Of a DNA stretch of 64,000 bases, positions 50,019-58,774 are shown piece by piece. The stretch spans positions 1-64,000 of the forward strand of contig CAVPKM010000013.1 in assembly GCA_963705725.1 (NCBI GenBank), read 5' to 3'. The DNA is from an uncultured Gammaproteobacteria bacterium (GTDB taxonomy: Bacteria > Pseudomonadota > Gammaproteobacteria > UBA6002). Each line of letters opens with the position of its first letter. Position 1 is the first letter of the stretch. Under the pieces are notes generated by a model, which saw nothing but the letters and a program-made list of their open reading frames with translations, was not told the origin of the DNA and did not search any database. The position numbers and the translations under genes are program-made.

Positions 50019-51223
50019 TAAAAACTCTGCTAGCTTTATTTTTATTTTTTATCATTTCTCAATCGCTGGCCCTTGAAAATCAAGCTCATTTAGTTGATAT
50101 GGATTTTCAAAAAATTTCTGTGCGGGAGTTGTTGCAATTTCTTGCAGAATCAATGAATAGTAATTTAATTATGAGTGAAAATGTATCTGGATTCATTTCC
50201 ATCCATCTTAAAAATGTGACTTGGAAACAAGCTTTCGACGGTGTTTTAGAAATGATGGGGCTGGTTAAGAGAGAACTTGAAAATTTGTTATTGGTTGGCA
50301 CCCCCAATGAATTTTTATTAAGACAAAAACGTTTAGCAGAAGCGGTTCCTGTTACCTTTTTTGAATTTAGTCTTAAACATGTTGATGTCATGTTAGCGGA
50401 AACTTTGCTTCGTTCTCAGAGTGACATATTTTCGACAAATTTAAAAATAACTGCGATGCCACTTACTAATAAGTTGATAATTAAAGATACCGTAAACAAT
50501 ATTCCGCAATTAAAAACTTTATTGAAAGAAATTGATCAACCAGTTAAGCAAATTATTATTCAGGCAAAAATCATTAATATTGATAACAGCAAGGTTCAAG
50601 AGCTTGGCTTGCATTTCAATGAAAAATCTTCAAAAAAAACTAAGAAGTCAATGCCGCTTTCCTTGCCTACATCCGTGGTAAGTGGATTACATTTTGCTGT
50701 TGCATCAGCTGCCCAAAACCCCTTGCTGAATTTACAATTAGACGCATTGCAAGCAGCGGGTCATAGTGCGCTAATAGCTGACCCAAAAATTATTACACAG
50801 AATAGAAAACAAGCGTTAATCGAATCAGGTGAAGAAATTCCTTATCAAGAAAGTACTTCAAGTGGTGCAACCAACACTACTTTTAAAAAAGCCGTGCTTT
50901 GTCTAAAAGTTAAGCCTTTGCTCTTGCCAGATGGAAGAATTAACATGGAGCTCGAAGTTAATCAAAATAAAGTTTCTACCCTCGCGGTGAATGGTACTCC
51001 AGCAATTCAAACACAAGAGGTAAAAGCAGAAGTCACGATTAGGGAAGGAGAAACAGTGGTATTGGGAGGGATTTTTGAAAAAGCTGCAACCTTAAATAAA
51101 AATGAACTGCCATTTATATCCAGACTGCCTGTTGTTGGTGTGTTATTTTCTCATCAGCATGAGAGCATCAAGACTAAGCAGTTGTTAATTTTAATTACAC
51201 CTACGATAATGAATAACGATTAG
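50015..51223 (+). CDS. pilQ: Short type IV pilus/competence secretin (PilQ/HofQ-like)
   Basis: VTWKQAFD, IDQPVKQI.IQAKI, IESGEEIPYQEST, GETVVLGGIF, LLILITP.I. Confidence 0.9.
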   Translation: MIKTLLALFLFFIISQSLALENQAHLVDMDFQKISVRELLQFLAESMNSNLIMSENVSGFISIHLKNVTWKQAFDGVLEMMGLVKRELENLLLVGTPNEFLLRQKRLAEAVPVTFFEFSLKHVDVMLAETLLRSQSDIFSTNLKITAMPLTNKLIIKDTVNNIPQLKTLLKEIDQPVKQIIIQAKIINIDNSKVQELGLHFNEKSSKKTKKSMPLSLPTSVVSGLHFAVASAAQNPLLNLQLDALQAAGHSALIADPKIITQNRKQALIESGEEIPYQESTSSGATNTTFKKAVLCLKVKPLLLPDGRINMELEVNQNKVSTLAVNGTPAIQTQEVKAEVTIREGETVVLGGIFEKAATLNKNELPFISRLPVVGVLFSHQHESIKTKQLLILITPTIMNND

Positions 51224-51247
51224 CAGGTAAGATCAATTGGTAATAAT

Positions 51248-51774
51248 ATGCAAGATTCCCAAACTAATAATATATTTCTAGTGGGCCCGATGGGGGCAGG
51301 TAAAACCTCTGTTGGAAAGTTGCTCGCAAAAATATTGAATGTTCCTTTCTTTGATTCAGATCAGGTGATCGAAGCACAAACAGGTGCCGATATCCCTTGG
51401 ATTTTTGATGTGGAAGGTGAGGAGGGGTTTCGGAAGCGAGAAGAGAAAATCGTCGATGATTTAAGTAAAAAAAAGGGATTGTTCTCGCAACGGGGGGTGG
51501 AGTGGTACTTAAGGCTGATAATCGTCGTCATCTTGCTGGGCGAGGAACAGTTATTTATTTGCATGTCAGTATCGAGGAGCAACTGAATCGTACTTATCGT
51601 AGTCGAAATCGGCCGCTCCTATTAAAGCAACCCAACCTCAAAGCCATTCTTGAAAAGTTGCACTTAGAAAGGGATTCGCTTTATGAGCAAATAGCAGATC
51701 ATATCATTGACACGGATCATGGTTCTCTTAAGGGAATTGTTGATTCCATTTTAACTCGAGTGAAAAAAACATGA
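51248..51774 (+). CDS. aroK: Shikimate kinase, frameshifted at an A8 run (51467-51474)
   Basis: [29 protein letters not shown]. Adding one A restores IVLATGGG and joins the 51502-51774 ORF (RPLL, R..LY). Confidence 0.9.
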
Positions 51775-52858
51775 TCACACCAATTAAGCTAATAGTGAAT
51801 TTAGCAGGGCAAACTTATCCTGTTTATATAGGAGAGGATCTATTCAATCGAAATTTGCTCCACCCCTATATTTTAGCTGAGCAAGTATTAGTCGTGACGA
51901 ATGAGAAGGTCGCGCCCTTATATTTAGCCAAATTAAGGCAGGCGCTTTCCCATTATCAATATAATGAAATTATTCTCCCTGATGGAGAAGTTAACAAGAC
52001 CTTGCCAGTTGCTAATCAAATTTTTGACCAACTTGTTGAGCTTGCATATCGCCGGTAATGCTACATTAATTGCATTGCGGAGGCGGAGTAATCGGTGATT
52101 TGACAGGATTTGTGGCTGCTTGCTACCAGCGTGGTGTTAACTATATTCAACTCCCTACGACCTTACTTAGCCAGGTGGATGCGGCCATCGGTGGGAAAAC
52201 CGCGGTGAATCATCCCTTGGCAAAAAATATGATTGGGGCATTTCATCAGCCAAGGGCTGTGTTAATTGATATTCATACCTTGCAGACCCTTCCATTTCGT
52301 GAATATAAATCAGGCATTGCGGAAATTATTAAAGCGGCATTAATCAGTGATGAAGAATTTTTTTGTTGGTTAGAGTCTAATTTGGAGAGAGTGCTTAATC
52401 GAGAAACCTCTGCCTTGATTTATGCGATTCAACAAGCTGCTGCAATCAAAATAAAAATAATTACCGCCGATGAAAAGGAAAAAGGGGTAAGAGCTTTTTT
52501 GAATTTAGGTCACACCTTTGCGCATGCAATTGAAAATTCTCTTGGCTACGGAGTGTGGTTGCATGGAGAAGCAGTCGCCGTGGGATTAGTTTTGGCGGTA
52601 GATTTGTCAATACGTTTAGGCTGGATTAATCAGTCAATAGGGGATCGAGTCAGAAAAATTTTGATGTCGGCAGATTTACCGATTAACTTACCAAGCGAAA
52701 TCTCAGTCGATCAGCTGATTGCGGCTATGAATAAAGATAAAAAGAAAGAAGCAGAAGCCATAAAATTTGTATTACTTAAAGAAATTGGACAGCCTATATT
52801 AAGTGCCAATCTAGATCAATCCTTGCTTGAGCGCATCTTGACTGAAAATCAAATTTGA
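51771..52858 (+). CDS. aroB: 3-dehydroquinate synthase, interrupted near 52055-52080
   Basis: LPDGE..K in part 1. GGGVIGDLTGF, PTTLLSQVD, GGKTAVN and LNLGHTFAHA in part 2. Removing two single bases restores RRNATLIALGGG. Confidence 0.9.
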
Positions 52859-52881
52859 ACGTGAGAACGGAAAAGAGAAAA

Positions 52882-53520
52882 ATGTTATCCACTAAAGTAT
52901 TGATCGATAATGGGCCTGTTGGGAACATTGAGGCGGTAATTGAGGCGCCGAGCTCCAAAAAAAAATTAGTTGGAATCATTTGCCACCCTCATCCCTTGCA
53001 TGGCGGAACCATGAGCAACAAGGTGGTGACAACCGTTGTTCGTGCTTTTCAGCGATTGGACATTGTTCCCATTCGTTTTAATTTTCGTGGCGTCGGTCAA
53101 AGTGAGGGTAAGCACGACTATAGTCATGGGGAGCAGGATGACCTAAAGTCAGTGATTTCATGGGCAAGACAAAATTTTGAAGATTATCAGCTAATCTTGG
53201 CTGGATTTTCATTTGGAGCTTTTATTGCGGCTAAGGTTGCAAGTGAAATTCCTCCAAAAGCGCTGATTACCATTGCTCCCGCAGTGAATCATAGCCCGTA
53301 TGAAAATCTCCCTGCATTTGATTTTCCTTGGATTGTGGTTCAGGGAGAGGCAGATGAGGTGGTGCCTGCTTCTACAGTGTTTGACTGGCTAGCAAAACTT
53401 CACCCTCAGCCAATCACTATTCGTATGCCAGGGGTGAGCCATTTTTTCCACGGCCATCTAATCGAACTACGCGATAGTTTAATTGAAAAGCTTGCGCCGA
53501 TTATTGACCCTCGCGCCTAG
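52882..53520 (+). CDS. Alpha/beta hydrolase (COG2945-like)
   Basis: CHPHPLHGGTM.NKVV, RFNFRGVG.SEG, GFSFG, DEVV, HFFHG. Confidence 0.92.
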   Translation: MLSTKVLIDNGPVGNIEAVIEAPSSKKKLVGIICHPHPLHGGTMSNKVVTTVVRAFQRLDIVPIRFNFRGVGQSEGKHDYSHGEQDDLKSVISWARQNFEDYQLILAGFSFGAFIAAKVASEIPPKALITIAPAVNHSPYENLPAFDFPWIVVQGEADEVVPASTVFDWLAKLHPQPITIRMPGVSHFFHGHLIELRDSLIEKLAPIIDPRA

Positions 53521-53592
53521 CTAATCAGAAAAGATTTTGTGTTCGTTAAATGTAAAAGCTACAATCAATAAAATAAAACATGAGAGTAGTTT

Positions 53593-54189
53593 GTGCCTAA
53601 AGATGACGATACTTTATTAACGGATTTTGCGAAAGTAGTGTGGGGTAAAAGAGCAGAAGGGTTGCCCGTGCCAGAGCTCAGACTAGATTCAGAAATCGGT
53701 CCTCAAGAAATGGAAAATCTTAAGCTGCGCTCTGCGTTTGTTCAAATCTTAAATCCCAAAAAAGTCGACGAATTTGAGGCTGCTAAATTAGTAAAGCCAC
53801 AAACTGGCTGGATAATAATAGATTATCGGTGTGCGCTTTCTGCCTCTGCTGGTGATGAGCTTCCATCGCATGGCAAGTATACGCGTGAGGCGGATGGATC
53901 GTTAATTCGGCTTTGTACCGGCAAGGGAACCCTAATCAAACAAATTGTGGATACTGCCACCGAGATGGTACGTTTGGTTCATGACAGAGGTTGGGATGTG
54001 GTACACATGGTAGATGGTCACCCGCTCATGATGTGGGCAATTTGGAAAGCCTGCCAAGAGTTGCAGATTTTGGTATCAGGTTATGTGCCTTCACTTGAAG
54101 AAGAAGAGAAGTATCGGCGCATCAAACGATATTGCGCCAATACACTGCTCATGCAATCAGAAAAACCCGCCGTTAAACCGCAATTTTAA
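53593..54189 (+). CDS. Hypothetical protein with an LPD7/LvgA-like module
   Basis: GWIIIDY..ALSAS and DTATEMVRLVHDRGWDVVHMVDGHPLMMWAIWKACQELQILVSGYVPS follow the LPD7 pattern and line up by eye with Legionella LvgA as I recall it. Confidence 0.55.
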   Translation: MPKDDDTLLTDFAKVVWGKRAEGLPVPELRLDSEIGPQEMENLKLRSAFVQILNPKKVDEFEAAKLVKPQTGWIIIDYRCALSASAGDELPSHGKYTREADGSLIRLCTGKGTLIKQIVDTATEMVRLVHDRGWDVVHMVDGHPLMMWAIWKACQELQILVSGYVPSLEEEEKYRRIKRYCANTLLMQSEKPAVKPQF

Positions 54190-54212
54190 GGCATTCTTGC
54201 GCGATGATGGTC

Positions 54213-56246
54213 TTAGCGGCGGCGAGGAAAGATATTCCCATCGGGGTCTAAGTCATCGTCTTGACTTTCATCGCTCAATTCAACCGCATTTTCGTCAAAT
54301 TCTATCCCTTTTTTAGATAAAATATTCTTGAATTTTACAAAAGCTGGCGAGTTTTCATCTTGTATTGAGCTAGCTATCCTTGTAAGATAGCTCCCAAGGG
54401 CATCATCTGAATAAACATCTACTCCTTCCAATACTCCATGCTCAATTTCTTTTTCAAAATCACCCTGATCAAATTTAGACAAAATGGGGTTATTTTTTTC
54501 ATATTCTTGTCTTTCTTGTAGTATTTTTAAAATGATTGCTGCCCTAAGTGCACTTGCATGGTCTACGTCCAATTGATCGATCTTTTCATATATCCGCATT
54601 CTGATTTCAGGTGTATACGTCGTCAATATCGTGTCGGCAGCCCTATCAACATCAAGCTCCTTTTCAATGTCGTTCCAAAATTTTCTGTCTGCTTTGTCAT
54701 CAGCATAATTATACTTGTTGGTACTTTCGAATGCTTTGCGCACAGTTTCCTTTAGTGGACTGTGCTTTTCGTAATTAATTCCTTCCATTATTGTTGTTAA
54801 TTCATTTTCCTCGCAGCGCGACAGTACTGCACGTAATTCTTTTTCAAAATTTCCTCTTGGATGCGTGAAATTTGAAAGCATGGGTGCATTCTGTTCCACT
54901 AATTTTTGCTGATTAATTAATTGCTCGACAAGTATTGTTTTCACGTCAAGATCAACAGCCATCTTGGAAAAAAGTGCCATCCTAGTGTGATGGTTTTCTC
55001 CTAAAAGTGCTTGAGCTTTCCCTTGTGGATCCGCTGCTTTTTCAACTTTTTCTAAAATTCTAGTTGCAGCAATACGGTTATATTCAAAGTCAAAAGCGAC
55101 TTGTCCGCCATAACCTGTCAATAAACTATCAAATTCTTTGACGAATTGCCTGATGTATTCGTGACCATTGTAGTGTTTGTCGCCAACATCAAACTGCTGA
55201 TCTCTTAATTCATAGGCAAGCTGTGCTCTTTCTTTTTCATTCATTCCCTTCAGCATTTGTCTGTGTCCAGGCTGATTCGCGGAAATAAGATTGAATTCTT
55301 GAGCTTGTGGCGATAAATCTGGGGATTGATTGAATACTGCATTTTCTTTTGTTTTACGAGTAACAGATTTTGCATGCATGATATTAGTCAGCGCTTCCCA
55401 TTCTTTTTGGTAATGCACATACTGTCTTGGGCTTGAAAATGATCTAGGGTTGTTAAGCTTCTCTAGCGTAGCCTGGTCCAAAGCTACTGTTTCAACACCA
55501 GAAATTAGCGCCGCCTTGGCCGCCTTAATCGCATTTTGTGGCGTGCCGGAAAACTCAGCCCGCTTAAAGCCTGATGAAGCCATGGCATAGCCGAGCGCCT
55601 TAGGGTCATCACTGGTCAACGTATTCCCGCTCACATGAATATATTTGTTTTTACCATTCTTGAGGGAGGGAGGATTCTTACCTTCTAATTCTTTCATGAG
55701 GTTGTAGGTTCCGGGTAAGGGATTTTGGGCGACGGAAACTACATTTCCATTTTCATCGAGCGGAAACCGCCTTCTAAAATTGTTATAAGCTGCTAATTCA
55801 TCATCTTCATTCTTTTTATTCAGGGATTGGTTAAGTAATTTTGTTGAGGATTCATGCATGGCAAGCAGCGCGGCTTCAATATCGCGAGTGCTATCATCTC
55901 CTTTAGGTAAGTCTTTAGTAAAAACTTTACGAGTATTATCTTGATAATCTTTTAAACTTTTAAAGTGGGGCGAGAATAAAGTTTGTGGCGTTTTTTCGTC
56001 CAGTGCCTCGAGGCTTGATTGACGTTTTAGACGAATTTCTTCATCTAAAAGGCCTAGTAATTTTTGCTTAGCCGCGTCCTCAAGCACTGTTCGCTCAATA
56101 AGAGTCTTTAAGTCGCTTTCTTTTGCTTCAACTTCTGTGAGTTGAATTTTGGGAGCCGCAGGGTCAAGATTGTCAGGTCTTGGTTCGTTTCCAACAGCTC
56201 TCAGGTTCGCCTCGATTTCTGGTGGCACTTCTCGTCTATCTTGCAT
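54213..56246 (-). CDS. Large orphan protein, candidate Dot/Icm effector
   Basis: 677 aa, charged and helical, acidic C-tail (DENAVELSDESQDDDLD), PmrA-like box upstream, internal LPD7-like segment. Confidence 0.6.
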   Translation of the reverse strand: MQDRREVPPEIEANLRAVGNEPRPDNLDPAAPKIQLTEVEAKESDLKTLIERTVLEDAAKQKLLGLLDEEIRLKRQSSLEALDEKTPQTLFSPHFKSLKDYQDNTRKVFTKDLPKGDDSTRDIEAALLAMHESSTKLLNQSLNKKNEDDELAAYNNFRRRFPLDENGNVVSVAQNPLPGTYNLMKELEGKNPPSLKNGKNKYIHVSGNTLTSDDPKALGYAMASSGFKRAEFSGTPQNAIKAAKAALISGVETVALDQATLEKLNNPRSFSSPRQYVHYQKEWEALTNIMHAKSVTRKTKENAVFNQSPDLSPQAQEFNLISANQPGHRQMLKGMNEKERAQLAYELRDQQFDVGDKHYNGHEYIRQFVKEFDSLLTGYGGQVAFDFEYNRIAATRILEKVEKAADPQGKAQALLGENHHTRMALFSKMAVDLDVKTILVEQLINQQKLVEQNAPMLSNFTHPRGNFEKELRAVLSRCEENELTTIMEGINYEKHSPLKETVRKAFESTNKYNYADDKADRKFWNDIEKELDVDRAADTILTTYTPEIRMRIYEKIDQLDVDHASALRAAIILKILQERQEYEKNNPILSKFDQGDFEKEIEHGVLEGVDVYSDDALGSYLTRIASSIQDENSPAFVKFKNILSKKGIEFDENAVELSDESQDDDLDPDGNIFPRRR

Positions 56247-56285
56247 AGCAACCTCTAATCTAAAAATTAACTGGATTTAATAACC

Positions 56286-56318
56286 ATTCTATCAACATCA
56301 CCTTAAGAAATCCTTACC
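56286..56318 (-). promoter_or_regulatory. PmrA-like box plus -10 (TAGAAT)
   Basis: Minus strand reads ggTAAggaT-tt-cTTAAggtg-N7-TAGAAT, 40 bp upstream of ATG 56246. Confidence 0.6.
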
Positions 56319-56371
56319 GGATTTTGCGTCCTACTTAAGCGAATTGGTTAAATTGGCTAAAACGTGCAAAC

Positions 56372-56400
56372 GCCGCCCCGCGGACAAGCCCTAGGGCGAC
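56372..56400. repeat. Degenerate GC-rich palindromic element
   Basis: GCCGCCCCGCGG-ACAAG-CCCTAGGGCGAC, an imperfect hairpin resembling the CGCGGACAAGCCGCG palindromic repeats I recall from Legionella-like genomes. Confidence 0.35.
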
Positions 56401-56635
56401 AGAAAAGCAAGCTTTCATCTGCGCTGAATCATTTTACTAATTATTTTACATTAATTATAGTAATAAATTATCAATAAAAAGGATTGAGCTGATGTCTCAA
56501 TGGTGAAAAATTTCACACGAGTAACCTTGCGCCCCAATAAAATTCTCATTCCACTGCTTAAAACATGCTGTTTGTCTTGTATAATCTACGGCTTTATTGT
56601 AAGATTTTTCACTTTTCATTTCTTTGGAGCCTGTA

Positions 56636-57067
56636 ATGAGTACATATAGCGCTAAGCCAGCTGAAGTACGCCGAAAGTGGTGTGTGGTTGATGCAACAGA
56701 TAAGACCTTGGGTCGTTTAGCTACTGCGATAGCTGTTCGATTGCGAGGAAAGCATAAGCCAGAATTTACTCCGCATGTGGATACGGGCGATTATGTCGTG
56801 GTGGTCAATGCTAAAAAAGTCAAAGTAACGGGCAATAAGTCCTCCGACAAGCTTTATCACCATCACACGGGTTATCCAGGTGGGATAAAATCGGCAACTT
56901 TTGAAGAAATGCTTAAAAAAGCACCTACGCGTGTCATAGAGCTAGCCGTCAAGGGAATGTTGCCAAAAGGACCGCTCGGGCGCGCTATGTTTCGTAAATT
57001 AAAAATTTATGCTGGTGCTGAGCACCCACATGCTGCTCAACAACCGGAGCTTTTAGATAATATTTAA
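56636..57067 (+). CDS. rplM: 50S ribosomal protein L13
   Basis: [47 protein letters not shown] at 56580-56585. Confidence 0.98.
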   Translation: MSTYSAKPAEVRRKWCVVDATDKTLGRLATAIAVRLRGKHKPEFTPHVDTGDYVVVVNAKKVKVTGNKSSDKLYHHHTGYPGGIKSATFEEMLKKAPTRVIELAVKGMLPKGPLGRAMFRKLKIYAGAEHPHAAQQPELLDNI

Positions 57068-57079
57068 CGGGGTTTTTTC

Positions 57080-57478
57080 ATGCCACAAGCAATAGAACAA
57101 AATTATGGAACGGGCCGTCGTAAATCGGCTGCTGCTCGTGTTTTTATTCGTCCCGGAAAAGGGAATATCACCGTCAATCATCTACCTTTAGATAAGTACT
57201 TTTTAAGAGAAACGTCTCGCGTGATGGTAAGGCAGCCATTAGTCGTGGTGGGAGCTGTTGAAAAATTTGATGTTTATATCACGGTTCGAGGCGGAGGAAG
57301 CACGGGACAGGCTGGAGCGATTCGACATGGCCTTGCTCGAGCATTAATAGATTATGATGTTGCTTTGCGAGGTGAATTAAAGAGTCAGGGATTTCTGACA
57401 CGTGATGCGCGTGAAGTTGAGAGAAAGAAAGTAGGATTGAAAAAAGCACGAAAAGCTCCTCAGTTCTCTAAACGTTAA
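57080..57478 (+). CDS. rpsI: 30S ribosomal protein S9
   Basis: [38 protein letters not shown]. Confidence 0.98.
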   Translation: MPQAIEQNYGTGRRKSAAARVFIRPGKGNITVNHLPLDKYFLRETSRVMVRQPLVVVGAVEKFDVYITVRGGGSTGQAGAIRHGLARALIDYDVALRGELKSQGFLTRDAREVERKKVGLKKARKAPQFSKR

Positions 57479-57602
57479 TATTCCAAGTTATCTTTTATTA
57501 TTAGATGGTCTCAAGATGGTCTCAGGTTTGGGCATCCGTTCTGTTTGTTGATTCTTGACAAGAATAATTATATTTTTGAGTTTTTTGAGTAAGGAGTGTT
57601 TG

Positions 57603-58220
57603 ATGAGTGTTCTCAAACGATCAGTGATGACCCTATATTCTGGTTCTCTTTGCCCATATAGCCATCGCGTTAGAATCGTATTGGCTGAAAAAGGCGTAAG
57701 CGTAGATATCATCCATGTAGACCTGAATAATCCTCCTGAAGAACTGATTGAACTTAATCCTTATCAAAGTGTTCCGACATTGGTTGATCGTGACTTAGTT
57801 CTGTATGAAGCGGGTATCATTATGGAATACCTGGATGAGCGGTTTCCTCATCCACCCCTTCTGCCCGTGTATCCCGTAGCAAGGGCAAAGAGCCGTTTGA
57901 TGATGTATCGCATTGAAAAAGATTGGTATAAGCTAATGAACGCCATTCTAACTAACCAACCAACGAAGGAGACGGCTAGGAAGGAATTGCGTGAAAACTT
58001 AATTGCACTGGGCCCTGTATTTGGCAATATGCCTTATTTTATGAATGAAGAGTTTTCTCTAGTCGATTGTTACCTGGCGCCTTTATTGTGGCGCTTGCCA
58101 CAACTTGGAATAGACCTTCCTCCTGCAGCGAATATGATTAAGCAATATGCGAAGCGGGTTTTCAGCCGAGAAAGTTTCCAGGTTAGTTTAACAGAAGCAG
58201 AACGTGAGATAGCGGAATAA
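57603..58220 (+). CDS. sspA: Stringent starvation protein A
   Basis: KRSVMTLYS, SHRVRIVLAEKG, EYLDERFPHPPL.PVYPVARA. AAGGAG RBS. Confidence 0.97.
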   Translation: MSVLKRSVMTLYSGSLCPYSHRVRIVLAEKGVSVDIIHVDLNNPPEELIELNPYQSVPTLVDRDLVLYEAGIIMEYLDERFPHPPLLPVYPVARAKSRLMMYRIEKDWYKLMNAILTNQPTKETARKELRENLIALGPVFGNMPYFMNEEFSLVDCYLAPLLWRLPQLGIDLPPAANMIKQYAKRVFSRESFQVSLTEAEREIAE

Positions 58221-58221
58221 C

Positions 58222-58617
58222 ATGACTTCTAGCCGTCCTTACTTAATTCGCGCTCTCTATGAGTGGATTGTTGATAATAGGCTTACGCCATACATTATTG
58301 TTGATGCTGAGCTACCGGAAGTTTTTGTTCCCAGGCAGTATGTGAGTAAAGGACAGATCGTTCTTAATATCTCTCCTGATGCCGTTTATGATCTGCTCAT
58401 TAGTAACATCGCTTTACAATTTCATGCTTCTTTTTCAGGTATTTCTCATCATGTTAAAGTCTCGATTATTTCCATTAAAGCAATCTATGCACAGGAAAAT
58501 GGTGAGGGCATGTTTTTTGGAGAAGAGCCAGGCGGTGATACTCCTCCTGATAATAGTAAGTTTGAGTCTCCTAAAGACAAAAGTGCAAAAAAACCGCAGT
58601 TGAAAATAATCAAATAA
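58222..58617 (+). CDS. sspB: ClpXP adaptor SspB
   Basis: RPYLIRALYEWIVDN, IVLNIS, AIYAQENGEGMFF, C-terminal PQLKIIK. Confidence 0.96.
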   Translation: MTSSRPYLIRALYEWIVDNRLTPYIIVDAELPEVFVPRQYVSKGQIVLNISPDAVYDLLISNIALQFHASFSGISHHVKVSIISIKAIYAQENGEGMFFGEEPGGDTPPDNSKFESPKDKSAKKPQLKIIK

Positions 58618-58627
58618 CGCCAGTCTC

Positions 58628-58644
58628 TGCCCTTAAATAGGGCA
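58628..58644 (+). terminator. Hairpin downstream of sspB
   Basis: TGCCCT-TAAAT-AGGGCA. No strong U-tract. Confidence 0.45.
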
Positions 58645-58774
58645 TCACATGTCATAATCTAACATTTAATTTACAAATGCATTAAAATTATATAAAATTG
58701 TGCTTGCTAACAGTCTGATAGGATGAACAGGAGGAAAACATCTTTAATTATTTTGGGAAGGTAGTGATGCGAAG

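Noticed and set aside
51467-51477. Programmed ribosomal frameshift at the A8-GGG run in aroK
   Set aside because: No such recoding is known for aroK, and a similar homopolymer indel in the ftsN-like gene points to sequencing error.
228-52858. Alternative genetic code or stop-codon readthrough explaining the split genes
   Set aside because: The breaks are frame changes, not in-frame stops, and intact genes end normally at TAA, TAG and TGA.
58681-58700. PmrA box upstream of the ankyrin gene
   Set aside because: The second half-site is poor (aTAAA) in very AT-rich DNA and indistinguishable from chance.
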